Source: a virus. Taken from it: 36,947 nucleotides of DNA. The stretch lies in the IMG/VR virus record IMGVR_UViG_3300028781_000010. One strand, 5' to 3'. Below are positions 20,262 to 29,010 of the stretch, piece by piece. The position numbers and the translations under genes were made by a program. The notes under the pieces were generated by a model. That model made no database searches, was not told where the DNA came from, and worked only from the letters and a program-made list of their open reading frames with translations. Position 1 is the first letter of the stretch, and the number at the start of each line of letters is the position of its first letter.

Positions 20262-20605
20262 GCGCGCATACTTCTGAACCTTGGACAATCATAACTGATC
20301 CAGCTATGAAGCATGGCGATTGGTTTGACAACGGCGGCTACCGAATCGATGCAAAAGATGTTGAGCAACTTTGCTATGTGTGGAATGCAAGTAATAGATT
20401 GCTGCATGATCATGCTCAAGAAGATGGACCGCGATTTGGAAGTGATGAAGGCGAAGCAAACGCATGCCTAATCGCAGCCGCGCCAGATTTGCTTGAAGCT
20501 TGCAATCTTTTGCTTAATTGCATGTATTTAGCTGGATGGGATGATGATTTCGCAGCAAAGAAAGCACGCGAAGCCATCGCCCGCGCTACCGGAAAAAAAT
20601 CATGA
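20258..20605 (+). CDS. Conserved phage protein with the ANACLIAAAPDLLEAC motif
   Basis: GAAGGTGG lies before ATG 20258. The (E)AN..LIAAAPDLLEA motif recurs in many small phage proteins of unknown function. Confidence 0.6.
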   Translation: MSAHTSEPWTIITDPAMKHGDWFDNGGYRIDAKDVEQLCYVWNASNRLLHDHAQEDGPRFGSDEGEANACLIAAAPDLLEACNLLLNCMYLAGWDDDFAAKKAREAIARATGKKS

Positions 20606-20958
20606 ACGTAGCCCAAGCTCAGGCTATCTATGACAACAGTATTGATCTAATGGCTGAAATTAACGACAGCTTGGAAAGAAAGGAAGCTTCTATACGGTAT
20701 GGCATCGAATCCGATGCTGAATTGCTCGGTGAAGCGGTAGCCGATTACTACGCCGGCAACGAGCATTGCGACCTGCTGACCGAATTCACGCTGGCGCTAT
20801 GCGGCGCTGAGAAGTTGGTTGATGCCATTGCTCACGGAGATGGCCTGCCAGATTCTGAGTTGCAGGCATTCCGCGCGCTGTGCCGGCAGATTGAGGAAGC
20901 CAAGCGTCGGACAACGATAGCAATTTCGGAAATGGTTGAGAAGGAGATGTCGAAGTGA
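20602..20958 (+). CDS. Hypothetical acidic helical protein
   Basis: 118-aa ORF with an ATGA overlap upstream. Confidence 0.55.
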   Translation: MNVAQAQAIYDNSIDLMAEINDSLERKEASIRYGIESDAELLGEAVADYYAGNEHCDLLTEFTLALCGAEKLVDAIAHGDGLPDSELQAFRALCRQIEEAKRRTTIAISEMVEKEMSK

Positions 20959-21146
20959 ATGTTTTCAAGTTTTTCTTGATCGTTATTTTTCTAGTCATTG
21001 TTCTTGGCTTCGTTATTCCGTTTCTTGTAAGTGCAAATGATGATATGAGCGTTGGTATTGGTATCGTCATATTGCTCGCACTTCTCTACATACCCGCTCG
21101 AATGATCGAGCGGAAATTCAAACCCAAGGGAAATATCACACCATGA
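20955..21146 (+). CDS. Small two-TM membrane protein (possible partner of the SPFH protein)
   Basis: Two hydrophobic segments, FFLIVIFLVIVLGFVIPFLV and GIGIVILLALLYIP. Overlaps the SPFH gene start. Confidence 0.55.
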   Translation: MNVFKFFLIVIFLVIVLGFVIPFLVSANDDMSVGIGIVILLALLYIPARMIERKFKPKGNITP

Positions 21147-22012
21147 AATCCATTCGTTCGATTGCTGTTCTGTCTGTCCTGACGCTGGCCCTGACTGGAT
21201 GCTATAGCCGCGTGCCTGCCGGCAACGTTGGTGTTCAGTACAACAAATACGGCAGTAACAAAGGCATTGATCTTCAAGTACGTGAGCCTGGATCATATTG
21301 GCTTTCGTACAACGAAGAAATTGAGTTGTTCCCGACGTTCTTGCAAACCTACAATTGGACGGCAAGCTCTGGCGAAGGCAACGCAACGGATGAGAGCTTC
21401 ACATTCCAGACTGGCGATGGTATGCCTGTAAATGCGGACATTGGCATCACCTACCAAATCGAAGCTCAAGCTGCCCCAAAGGTATTTCAAGAGTTTCGCC
21501 GAACTGTCACTGAAATCACAGATACATTCATTCGCAATGATGTTCGTGATCAGCTTTTGCGTAATGGTTCACAACTCAAGATTGACGACATGATAGGCAA
21601 CGGCAAAGCCGCTTTGATGGATCAAGTGCAAGCAGGCGTTAAATCCGATATGTCGAAATATGGCATCCAAGTCGATAAGGTTTTCTGGCTCGGGGCTCCG
21701 CGTCTGCCAACTGCTGTTACGAACGCTATCAACGCAAAGATTCAGTCAACACAGATGGCAGAACAGCGTAAGAATGAAGTCGCACAGGCAACTGCTGAAG
21801 GACAGAAAGAAGTGGCTCTCGCACAAGCACGCGCTACGGCAACTGTTGCCACTGCGCAGGCTGAAGCTCAGGCCATCACACTCAAAAACAATGCGCTAAA
21901 GGACAACCCTGCATTGATCGAGTTGACAAAGGCGCAGCGTTGGAATGGTCAGCTTCCGACGACCGTCATGGGACAAAACGTTACTCCATTTCTGACGCAA
22001 TCTGTCAAATAA
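21143..22012 (+). CDS. SPFH/Band-7 (prohibitin/HflC-like) lipoprotein
   Basis: Signal peptide with lipobox LALTGC. SPFH-like core (VPAGNVGVQYNKYG..., GITYQI). C-terminal Ala/Gln-rich coiled coil. Confidence 0.7.
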   Translation: MKSIRSIAVLSVLTLALTGCYSRVPAGNVGVQYNKYGSNKGIDLQVREPGSYWLSYNEEIELFPTFLQTYNWTASSGEGNATDESFTFQTGDGMPVNADIGITYQIEAQAAPKVFQEFRRTVTEITDTFIRNDVRDQLLRNGSQLKIDDMIGNGKAALMDQVQAGVKSDMSKYGIQVDKVFWLGAPRLPTAVTNAINAKIQSTQMAEQRKNEVAQATAEGQKEVALAQARATATVATAQAEAQAITLKNNALKDNPALIELTKAQRWNGQLPTTVMGQNVTPFLTQSVK

Positions 22013-22053
22013 CCCACCCAACACAAGCCGGTTAGCGGCGAGAGGATTTAGAC

Positions 22054-22221
22054 GTGAGCAACATGTCTTATTGCAGGTTTCAGAACACGGCAAGCGATCT
22101 ACGCGACTGTTTGGATAATTTTGATGACGATGATCTTTCGGATGAAGAACGTAAAGCGCGCCGCAGAATTATCCGCATGTGTGTCGATATAGCTTCCGAT
22201 TACGGCGACGAAGAATCCTAA
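22054..22221 (+). CDS. Small acidic protein (MSYCRFQNT...DDDDLSDEE)
   Basis: Manual ORF starting at GTG 22054 or ATG 22063, with GAGAGGA upstream. The MSYCRF.NT N-terminus recurs in small phage proteins. Confidence 0.5.
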   Translation: MSNMSYCRFQNTASDLRDCLDNFDDDDLSDEERKARRRIIRMCVDIASDYGDEES

Positions 22222-22257
22222 CCCACCCCACCGCCCAGCGGAAATTTGGTGATTGAT

Positions 22258-22956
22258 ATGAGTAATTTAGCGACAGTTGAGAATGATGATCACGGCACCG
22301 TTTCTCCCATGTTCGCCATGATTGAGCGCGCTGCGCGTGATCCTGCCGTCGATATCGACAAGCTCGAACGGTTGATGCTGATGAAGGTCAATGCGGACGC
22401 GTTACAGGCTCGCGGAGCTTATGACGATGCTATGGCCGAACTTCAGCCTGAGTTGCCTGTCATCGCCGAGAGAGGCCAAGCTGACCGTTATTCCTTTGCC
22501 AAGTGGGAAGATATCAACGTGGCTATCAAGCCGGTACTTATGCGACATGGTTTCGCTCTGACATTCCGCACCGACTTTGCCGATGGAATAGCTATTACTG
22601 GCGTTCTTTCGCATCGTGCTGGACACCGTGAAGAAACAACGATAAAACTCCCAGCCGATGCTAGCGGAAATAAAAACCCTGTACAGGCTGTCGCATCAAG
22701 TGTCAGCTACGGGAAGCGATATGCGGCCAGCGCGTTGCTCAACCTGACCAGCCATGGTGAGGATGATGATGCTTACACCGCAACGGTGGAAAGGGTCACA
22801 GAGGATCAGGAAATCCAGATCAACGATATGCTGGAAGCAACCAATTCCGACAAAGCCAAGTTCCTTGAATGGCTGAAGATTGACGGCGTATCGAAGATCC
22901 CAGCGAAACGCTTCGATGAGGTGATGAAACTACTTAAGGCGAAGGTTAAAAAGTGA
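22258..22956 (+). CDS. erf: ERF-family single-strand annealing protein
   Basis: YSFAKWEDINVAIKPVLMRHGF...LSHRAGH...VQAVASSVSYGKRYAASALLNL...EDDD matches the Erf core. The track ORF starts at TTG 22246. Confidence 0.75.
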   Translation: MSNLATVENDDHGTVSPMFAMIERAARDPAVDIDKLERLMLMKVNADALQARGAYDDAMAELQPELPVIAERGQADRYSFAKWEDINVAIKPVLMRHGFALTFRTDFADGIAITGVLSHRAGHREETTIKLPADASGNKNPVQAVASSVSYGKRYAASALLNLTSHGEDDDAYTATVERVTEDQEIQINDMLEATNSDKAKFLEWLKIDGVSKIPAKRFDEVMKLLKAKVKK

Positions 22957-23570
22957 GGATCATCGAATGCCAACAAGGCACACCCGAATGGTATGCCGCT
23001 CGCCTTGGTATACCAACCGCGTCCGAGTTCGACAGTATTATAACGCCGAAAAAGGGTGATCTTGCCGCTGCTCACGAGGGCTACATCGATCAGTTGATTG
23101 ATGAGTCCGTGCGTGTAGATGCTGAGCGCGCCTTTAAGGGCAATCAACATACGGAGCGAGGCAAGGAGTTAGAGCCAGAAGCGCGAGACCTCTACGCGTT
23201 TCTGCGCGATGTCTCACCACAGGTTGTCGGCTTCATTCTCAACGATTCCGAGGATGCGGGCTTTAGTCCAGACTCCCTCATTGATGACGATGGTGGTCTT
23301 GAAATCAAGTGTCCCGATGGTCCTACGCATGTTGGCTATCTTCGTGCTGGAAACATTCCAGACAAGTACAAGCCACAGGTTCACGGAAGCATCCTTCTGA
23401 GCAAACGCAAGTGGTGGGACTTCATGTCTTATTGCCCCGGACACAAGCCACTGATTGTTCGTGTAGTGCCGGACGCATTCACCGAAAAGCTAGCCATGCA
23501 TTTGAATTTCTTCGTAAAAAAGCTGGCTATAGAAAAACAGAAATTACTTGGAGAGACCAATGGGCATTAA
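22953..23570 (+). CDS. YqaJ/lambda-Exo-like recombination exonuclease (PD-(D/E)XK)
   Basis: N-terminal QGTPEWYAARLGIPTASEF and a catalytic D...LEIKCP motif. Adjacent to erf. Confidence 0.75.
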   Translation: MRIIECQQGTPEWYAARLGIPTASEFDSIITPKKGDLAAAHEGYIDQLIDESVRVDAERAFKGNQHTERGKELEPEARDLYAFLRDVSPQVVGFILNDSEDAGFSPDSLIDDDGGLEIKCPDGPTHVGYLRAGNIPDKYKPQVHGSILLSKRKWWDFMSYCPGHKPLIVRVVPDAFTEKLAMHLNFFVKKLAIEKQKLLGETNGH

Positions 23571-23829
23571 GACCAAATTCGATGCGGTAGCCGCCAAGAA
23601 ATATACCAATGGCGGAGACGAAGAAAAGACGCAATGGATCAACGTTGGTCGGGGCGTCGAGTGGGATGAAGGCGGCATTGAAATCGAGTTGAACGCCGTT
23701 CCTGTAGGCGCGTGGTGGAACGGTAAAATCAAGCTATTCGTACAGAAGCCAAAGAATCAAAACAGTGCATCAAATCGTTCGCCAGCAGCATCGGTCGATG
23801 ACTTTCAAGATTCTTCGATTCCCTTTTGA
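23560..23829 (+). CDS. Short SSB-like protein with a canonical acidic ...D..IPF C-terminal tip
   Basis: GGAGAG lies before ATG 23560. 89 aa ending in DDFQDSSIPF, which resembles the SSB C-terminal tip DDDIPF. Sits in the recombination module. Confidence 0.45.
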   Translation: MGIKTKFDAVAAKKYTNGGDEEKTQWINVGRGVEWDEGGIEIELNAVPVGAWWNGKIKLFVQKPKNQNSASNRSPAASVDDFQDSSIPF

Positions 23830-24251
23830 TCATGGCTCAGACCTTCCTACTTCCCGAAAAAGACCGTGATCGCATCGCTGCAAACATGCATGCGTTCGTC
23901 CTTTCAACGACGCCAGGAAAGAAGGTTCGTGTGACTGTAGAGGTTTACCGAAAGTCACGGTCTAACCAACAATCGCGTTACCTCAACGGTGTGGCATATA
24001 AGCTCTTAGGCGAAGCCACAGGATACGAAAGAAACGATATTAGCGAATATCTTTGCTTAATTTATTTCGGCGGGAAAGATAAGAAAGTTCCAGGTGGTAA
24101 AATTGTCCAAGTTCCACTACGCACAACAACGACAAACGAACAGGGCGAGCGCGACGTTATGAATACGGTGGACTTCGCGGCCTATGTGGATTTTGTGCAG
24201 CGATTCGGCGCTAAGCATGGTGTTTATATCCCCAATCCGGATGAGGAATAA
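23826..24251 (+). CDS. NinB/Orf-like recombination mediator (tentative)
   Basis: The RKSRSNQQSRYLNGV motif resembles NinB RNRSLDQNRKLW. Size is 141 aa. Follows the SSB-like gene. Confidence 0.4.
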   Translation: MIMAQTFLLPEKDRDRIAANMHAFVLSTTPGKKVRVTVEVYRKSRSNQQSRYLNGVAYKLLGEATGYERNDISEYLCLIYFGGKDKKVPGGKIVQVPLRTTTTNEQGERDVMNTVDFAAYVDFVQRFGAKHGVYIPNPDEE

Positions 24252-24254
24252 TTT

Positions 24255-24518
24255 ATGACCCGCGAACAGAGGTTGAGGGATTTGGTTGCGGAGTGGAATT
24301 CTATTGGCGATGAGTACGGTCCGAACTTTGACCGTAATGGCGTAAATATCTTTTGCTCTGATGAACTCGAAGCCATCCTTAAGGAAGGAAGTGAGGAATG
24401 GTTGCCAAAAAGACTTATGGAATATGAAGGAAATGAATATGCTCGGGGATGGAACTGCTGCTTGGAAACGATTAGAGATTCCATCTCAAAACAGATGCCT
24501 AATGGGGTTGCGAAATGA
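24255..24518 (+). CDS. Hypothetical protein
   Basis: 87-aa ORF. It shares the ILKEGSEEWLP segment with ILSEESEGWLP in the next gene. Confidence 0.55.
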   Translation: MTREQRLRDLVAEWNSIGDEYGPNFDRNGVNIFCSDELEAILKEGSEEWLPKRLMEYEGNEYARGWNCCLETIRDSISKQMPNGVAK

Positions 24519-24904
24519 CCCACGCACAGAGACTGATGAAGTTGGTTGAGAAGGCTTGCGTTGCTCATTACGAAAACTGGTCAAAGTTCCATCAATGGGA
24601 GCGTGAGGCTTTTCGTAAACATATGCAGGTAACTGTCGAATCCATCCTCAGCGAAGAGAGTGAGGGATGGTTGCCTTGGGATGAGAATAATCCTCCTGAT
24701 CCAGGTGAATATTTCGTTTACCACTCGCGATTTATTCAGCCCGGTGAAAAACTTTGGAGTTACAGAGCAATCGGATATGGGCCGAAGAAACATGACGTCA
24801 TTTGGTTTAACGACGGAAATCGTCCTGCTGACGGACCACCTGAGTTTTATTGCCCTACCCCTAAATTCCCCGGATTGAACACATCATTGGAGGAAAGCAA
24901 GTGA
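24515..24904 (+). CDS. Hypothetical protein (partial paralogue of the preceding gene)
   Basis: 129-aa ORF with an ATGA overlap. Confidence 0.55.
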   Translation: MTHAQRLMKLVEKACVAHYENWSKFHQWEREAFRKHMQVTVESILSEESEGWLPWDENNPPDPGEYFVYHSRFIQPGEKLWSYRAIGYGPKKHDVIWFNDGNRPADGPPEFYCPTPKFPGLNTSLEESK

Positions 24905-25086
24905 TTCGATTAATTACTAAAAGCCGACTTAATGACGTGATCACACGCGCAGAAATAAAAGGCTGGCATGTCGGGTACTGGGAAGGGCGACGCGACTTGC
25001 AAAAAGAATTCAATGATCAATGGGCATGGGAGAACGAACAGCGCGGTTTCGATGCCGCCCTAGACAAAGGAAACGAGCATGACTAA
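24901..25086 (+). CDS. Hypothetical protein
   Basis: 61-aa ORF with a GTG start overlapping the upstream stop. Confidence 0.5.
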   Translation: MIRLITKSRLNDVITRAEIKGWHVGYWEGRRDLQKEFNDQWAWENEQRGFDAALDKGNEHD

Positions 25087-25846
25087 CCCGACCTCCAGTG
25101 AAGTGCGTGAACGCGTTAAGTGGGAATATGACAGCTGGGGTTCTACTACTACTACGCAGATGCTCGAAAGCTATGCAGACCTCCTATCCACGATGGAGAA
25201 GACGGAGCCGGCAGGGTATCTGTATACGTTACACATGGAGGATGGCCAAACGTCAAGCCTCTACACAAAGGTCGATGAAAATCCATTCGGCAAGTGTGGC
25301 GAAGATTATTCGCATGAGTATCACGTTACATCGAAGCCGATGTTCTTTCACCCAACCATATCCACCGAACAAGCCACTCGCCCCGCAGCGGATGGTGATC
25401 TGGTTAAGTACCATCCGGCGCCGAACGCAGCATCGCCTATGGTCCCAAGTAGCCCAACGCACAACCTGCAAGTTATCGGGTCAAAAATGCGAGATGAGAT
25501 TGCTGCAATCATCCGACTTGCGGATGGTGAGTCGGTAGCGCAGGGGTATGTGACTAAAGTTGGTAGTGGCTATACCAAGCCAAATCTTCCCGTGGGCAGC
25601 TGGGAAAATCGTGCATTACTAGCTGAAGAACTTTGCCGTGCATACAAGATACAGATTGATCTACTAGCCGCCCAGCCTCGCGCAGTGCCTTTTATAGAAA
25701 CTGCGCCTTTTTACTGGACCCATGGAGGTGACGTTAAGCAAGACACCGACACTGCCTATTGTGTTGGATGGAACGATTGTCGAAATGCCATGATTCGCAC
25801 CACTCCATCCGATCCCCTCGCAGTGTCACAAGACGCTGAGGGTTAA
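25079..25846 (+). CDS. Hypothetical protein (last gene of the rightward operon)
   Basis: 255-aa ORF. No motif recognised. Confidence 0.6.
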   Translation: MTNPTSSEVRERVKWEYDSWGSTTTTQMLESYADLLSTMEKTEPAGYLYTLHMEDGQTSSLYTKVDENPFGKCGEDYSHEYHVTSKPMFFHPTISTEQATRPAADGDLVKYHPAPNAASPMVPSSPTHNLQVIGSKMRDEIAAIIRLADGESVAQGYVTKVGSGYTKPNLPVGSWENRALLAEELCRAYKIQIDLLAAQPRAVPFIETAPFYWTHGGDVKQDTDTAYCVGWNDCRNAMIRTTPSDPLAVSQDAEG

Positions 25847-26058
25847 AACCCCACTTCCCAATATATCCACACAGCTGTCGTTACCGGAGGTGATCCCGCT
25901 AGCGTGATGTAACGCGCTTGAATACCAAATGTAGTTGCCGAGAAAATACCCGAAGGTGTCGCATAGACGCCTGCCGCATTACCGATATTGACAAGAGGGC
26001 TAATGGAGGCGGCGAAGTTAGAGGCTGAGATTAAACATAAAGTTCATTAGTCTAGACA
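25843..26058 (-). pseudogene. Possible relic of a tail-fibre C-terminus: same-frame continuation after three closely spaced stops
   Basis: After the TGA at 26061-26059, the same frame reads TGT CTA GAC TAA TGA. It then stays open for 66 codons (TLCLISASNFAASISPLVNIGNAAGVYATPSG...VWIYWEVGF) with no start codon. Confidence 0.2.
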
Positions 26059-26763
26059 TCAACTATTAGGGAAAGGGGCAGTAGGGACCGAGTAGTTACT
26101 CGTTGTATAGCGTGCGATACCGTTAGTGACACGCGACTCATCTGTGTAACCTATCCATCCTAATTGTGCGGATTCGCCCATGACATTTCCACCCGTTATG
26201 CTGCTTCCAATGTTTGCTGTTATCGTGGTCGAACTTTGAAAAATTCCGTTGACGTGGGCATAAACCAAACCGGATGATCGACACAGGCTATAGAAAAACC
26301 AATTAGCGACACCCGGCAAAACAAATCCCGTTAAAGCATTGGCGCTATTTATAAGACAGCGTCCTGACGTTGGGCTGTCCATATAAAGCGCCAGAAATTC
26401 ATTGATGCCACTTTGGATGCTGAAAGCAGGTGAACCACCGGTTGAAGATGACGTATAAATCCAGCACTCAATGGTGAAATCCCCCGTAAAAAGAAAATCA
26501 CTCGTAGGCGCATTGAAAATAAAATCCGAACCAATTGCGTTGTATCCGCTGGTCGATCCAAATTTAGATTGTGTGTTGCTTGTTATTGGATGCGCGGTAG
26601 TTCCCCACGACCGAGCCGGTATTTGGTCAATAAACGACGTTCCACCGTTAGCTCCCTCAAAATGCAAAAGAGAAACGACATAGGCAAAATAAGGATCAAC
26701 GGGTCCTACAGCTTGATGATTTTTGCGGCAACGGGCGGAAAGAATGCTCATAGAATCTGCCAC
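26059..26763 (-). CDS. LamG/concanavalin-A-like fold tail-fibre or receptor-binding protein
   Basis: LLHFEGANGGTSFIDQ...FTGDFTIECWIY is a typical LamG_3-type pattern. Sits at the distal end of the tail-fibre cluster. Confidence 0.6.
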   Translation of the reverse strand: MADSMSILSARCRKNHQAVGPVDPYFAYVVSLLHFEGANGGTSFIDQIPARSWGTTAHPITSNTQSKFGSTSGYNAIGSDFIFNAPTSDFLFTGDFTIECWIYTSSSTGGSPAFSIQSGINEFLALYMDSPTSGRCLINSANALTGFVLPGVANWFFYSLCRSSGLVYAHVNGIFQSSTTITANIGSSITGGNVMGESAQLGWIGYTDESRVTNGIARYTTSNYSVPTAPFPNS

Positions 26764-27338
26764 GTATCGGTAGCCACTTGACGTGCATAACGTGAGTCAT
26801 ATTGCGCCGTTGTTGCGGCTCCCCACGCATCGACAAGCGTCACGCCTGCGCCACCCGCAATAGTTACGGCACCCGCGCCCCATTGAGACACCATGATCTG
26901 CGAACCTACCGGGGCAGCGACAGAACTATGCGGCGGTATCGTGATCGTGGAGGCACTGGCGTCGGTAACTTGAATGTCTTGAATCGCGCCTGTCGTTGGG
27001 AAATCAGTCAGCAGTAGCGTGTAAGAACCTGTTTGCGCGTTGACGGTAATGAGCGACTGCCCACCTCCGCCGCCACCCGTCGATGGTGCCCATATCGGAC
27101 TTCCCGAGGCCAGGGTAAACACATAACCATCTGTCGTTGCGCCAAGCCGCATGGGCGCACCTGCCGTACCGCCAATGATGACATCGCCTACCGTCGTCAT
27201 GGGGTTAGTGAGCGTCGTCCCTCGCATGGCTGAAACGGTCGTCTGCGCAGTCACGCCGCCTTGTTCAATCGGGACGATTTCAGTTCCCGTGAGCGTACCG
27301 GCAGCGGGTAGTGCGTCAAATTTGATATATGTCGTCAT
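26748..27338 (-). CDS. Tail fibre protein
   Basis: The N-terminus FDALPAAGTLTGTEIVPIEQGG is typical of phage tail fibre proteins. Contains a Gly run. Confidence 0.6.
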   Translation of the reverse strand: MTTYIKFDALPAAGTLTGTEIVPIEQGGVTAQTTVSAMRGTTLTNPMTTVGDVIIGGTAGAPMRLGATTDGYVFTLASGSPIWAPSTGGGGGGQSLITVNAQTGSYTLLLTDFPTTGAIQDIQVTDASASTITIPPHSSVAAPVGSQIMVSQWGAGAVTIAGGAGVTLVDAWGAATTAQYDSRYARQVATDTWQIL

Positions 27339-28867
27339 GGGATCATTATCGCGCCAGTATCGGTGACAAACCCTTCTACGCCATCGGGCGAGAGGACGTA
27401 AGCGACCGTGGCCGCCCCTGCGTTAGTGTAGCGAGCATCGGCTAGCCAGTGGAAAATAGCCGGCTGACCAGCGGCAGAACTCGCGGGAGATGTCCCGGCG
27501 ACACCAAATGCACCATCCCCCGTGTAGGTTATGCTGGATAACGTCCAGTCCGTCGCTGTACTGGCGTTTCTGACCATCGCATTGGTTGCCGACGGGTTAT
27601 ACAAGGTGACGGCTGGCGCAACGCGCTTGGTCGTTTTGAAGCTTACTGAAGCGACAGCCTGGAAAGCCGATGCGCCCACCACTTGGGGCACATACACACA
27701 GCCAGCGGTTCCGGCATTTTGAGCTGGGATTGTGGCTTGCGGGAAAGACTTTTCCAGAAACCGCTGGCACTTTTCCAGTTCGTTCGCATTGTCTGGACGC
27801 GTAAACGAGGCTGGAATTGTCGTCAGTGAAAGCGTGCCAAGAACAAAGGTTCCCGACTGATGGCCCAGGCTATCGGTGCGTGAGTCGTAATAGGCTCCGG
27901 CATCAAACCAGATGACCACGGCCAGCCAGTCGGTATCAGGCGTCCCTAGCGGCACTGTTATTTCAGGGATAGCTACGGGAATACTGACAAGGTTAACCCC
28001 AGCGGCAAGTGTGATTTTGGTTGTTCCAATACCGTCAACCGATCCACCACCGGTGCCCATGTACTGCACGAGATCAACGGCAATCGTCAGTGCAGACGCC
28101 ACATAGACCTGAAACTGCACAAAGGCCGATTGTCCCGCCAGCGTGCGAACGCTTTCGATAAGCTGAAGATATTGGCAGAAATCGGTATCGGCTGAGCCTG
28201 CACCGACAACGATCTGCGTCAGGTATTGTGGATCGCCTTGAAATAGACCTAGAGCGGCGTTGACGCGGCTTGTAACGGCTGTCGCACCCTGCTGAAACGT
28301 CAGCCAGCCATCGGCGGTGTAGCCCGTGCCTGTGAGCGTCGTAGCCACCTGCCAGTTTTGCAGCCATCCGTTAATCAGGTAGTTCTGTCCACCACCACCG
28401 GATACCGGGAAAAGGGTGATGTCATCCACACGACCCTTCGCATCCACAGTCACCACGGGATAATGACTGGCATCGCCATATGTCCCCGCCGTCACACCGG
28501 TATCGGACAAGTCAAGCTGCGCCATGTCATCAACAAAGGCCGCGCTGAAGACCTGCCAGCCACGGTTACCCGCTGTCAAACAGCCATAGAACGACAAGGC
28601 AGGCGGGGAACTCGTATCACCGATCAGGGAAATCTGCACCAAGCCGCCGACCATGCTATTGCCGGTCATGCCGATAGAGTCTTGGGCCTTGAGGTTAAAG
28701 CCGCCCGGTATCGCATTGACCTGCTTTTGGAGCGCCGTGATTTCAGCCTGGATCGACGTGGTGTCAATCGCGTTTAGGCTGGCGAACCAATCGCGCCATG
28801 AACGCGTCGCTATCCCCCCCGCTTCGGTAACGGGCGATTGCGCAGAAGGGAAAAGATCGTTACTCAC
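27335..28867 (-). CDS. Tail fibre / tailspike protein
   Basis: About 510 aa. GTG 28867 overlaps the stop of the upstream small ORF (GTGA). The track ORF start (28930) would overlap that ORF by 67 nt. Beta-rich Thr/Gly/Ala composition. Confidence 0.6.
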   Translation of the reverse strand: MSNDLFPSAQSPVTEAGGIATRSWRDWFASLNAIDTTSIQAEITALQKQVNAIPGGFNLKAQDSIGMTGNSMVGGLVQISLIGDTSSPPALSFYGCLTAGNRGWQVFSAAFVDDMAQLDLSDTGVTAGTYGDASHYPVVTVDAKGRVDDITLFPVSGGGGQNYLINGWLQNWQVATTLTGTGYTADGWLTFQQGATAVTSRVNAALGLFQGDPQYLTQIVVGAGSADTDFCQYLQLIESVRTLAGQSAFVQFQVYVASALTIAVDLVQYMGTGGGSVDGIGTTKITLAAGVNLVSIPVAIPEITVPLGTPDTDWLAVVIWFDAGAYYDSRTDSLGHQSGTFVLGTLSLTTIPASFTRPDNANELEKCQRFLEKSFPQATIPAQNAGTAGCVYVPQVVGASAFQAVASVSFKTTKRVAPAVTLYNPSATNAMVRNASTATDWTLSSITYTGDGAFGVAGTSPASSAAGQPAIFHWLADARYTNAGAATVAYVLSPDGVEGFVTDTGAIMIP

Positions 28868-29010
28868 GCCACATGAACGCCCGTGAGAAGGATCGCCAGC
28901 ATGTAGACCGCAAAGGCCATCGGAAGCCAACCAACGCGTGAGGGAACGTTAAACGCGCCAAGTAACGCTAGAATCAGGGCAACCAATACAAGAATCGTGA
29001 AAAGAGTCAT
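28864..29010 (-). CDS. Small two-TM membrane protein (48 aa) downstream of the spanins
   Basis: Manual ORF MTLFTILVLVALILALLGAFNVPSRVGWLPMAFAVYMLAILLTGVHVA, with an ATGA overlap to the o-spanin stop. Confidence 0.5.
   Translation of the reverse strand: MTLFTILVLVALILALLGAFNVPSRVGWLPMAFAVYMLAILLTGVHVA

Noticed and set aside
19458-20605. Many long ORFs in all six frames across 19.45-20.6 kb (for example 19458..20288, 19639..20331, 19763..20146, 19793..20605, 19830..20063)
   Set aside because: They exist because the 12-nt repeat unit has no stop codon in any frame. Only the frame continuous with the N-domain (19342..20118) and the short coupled ORFs downstream have start and SD context.
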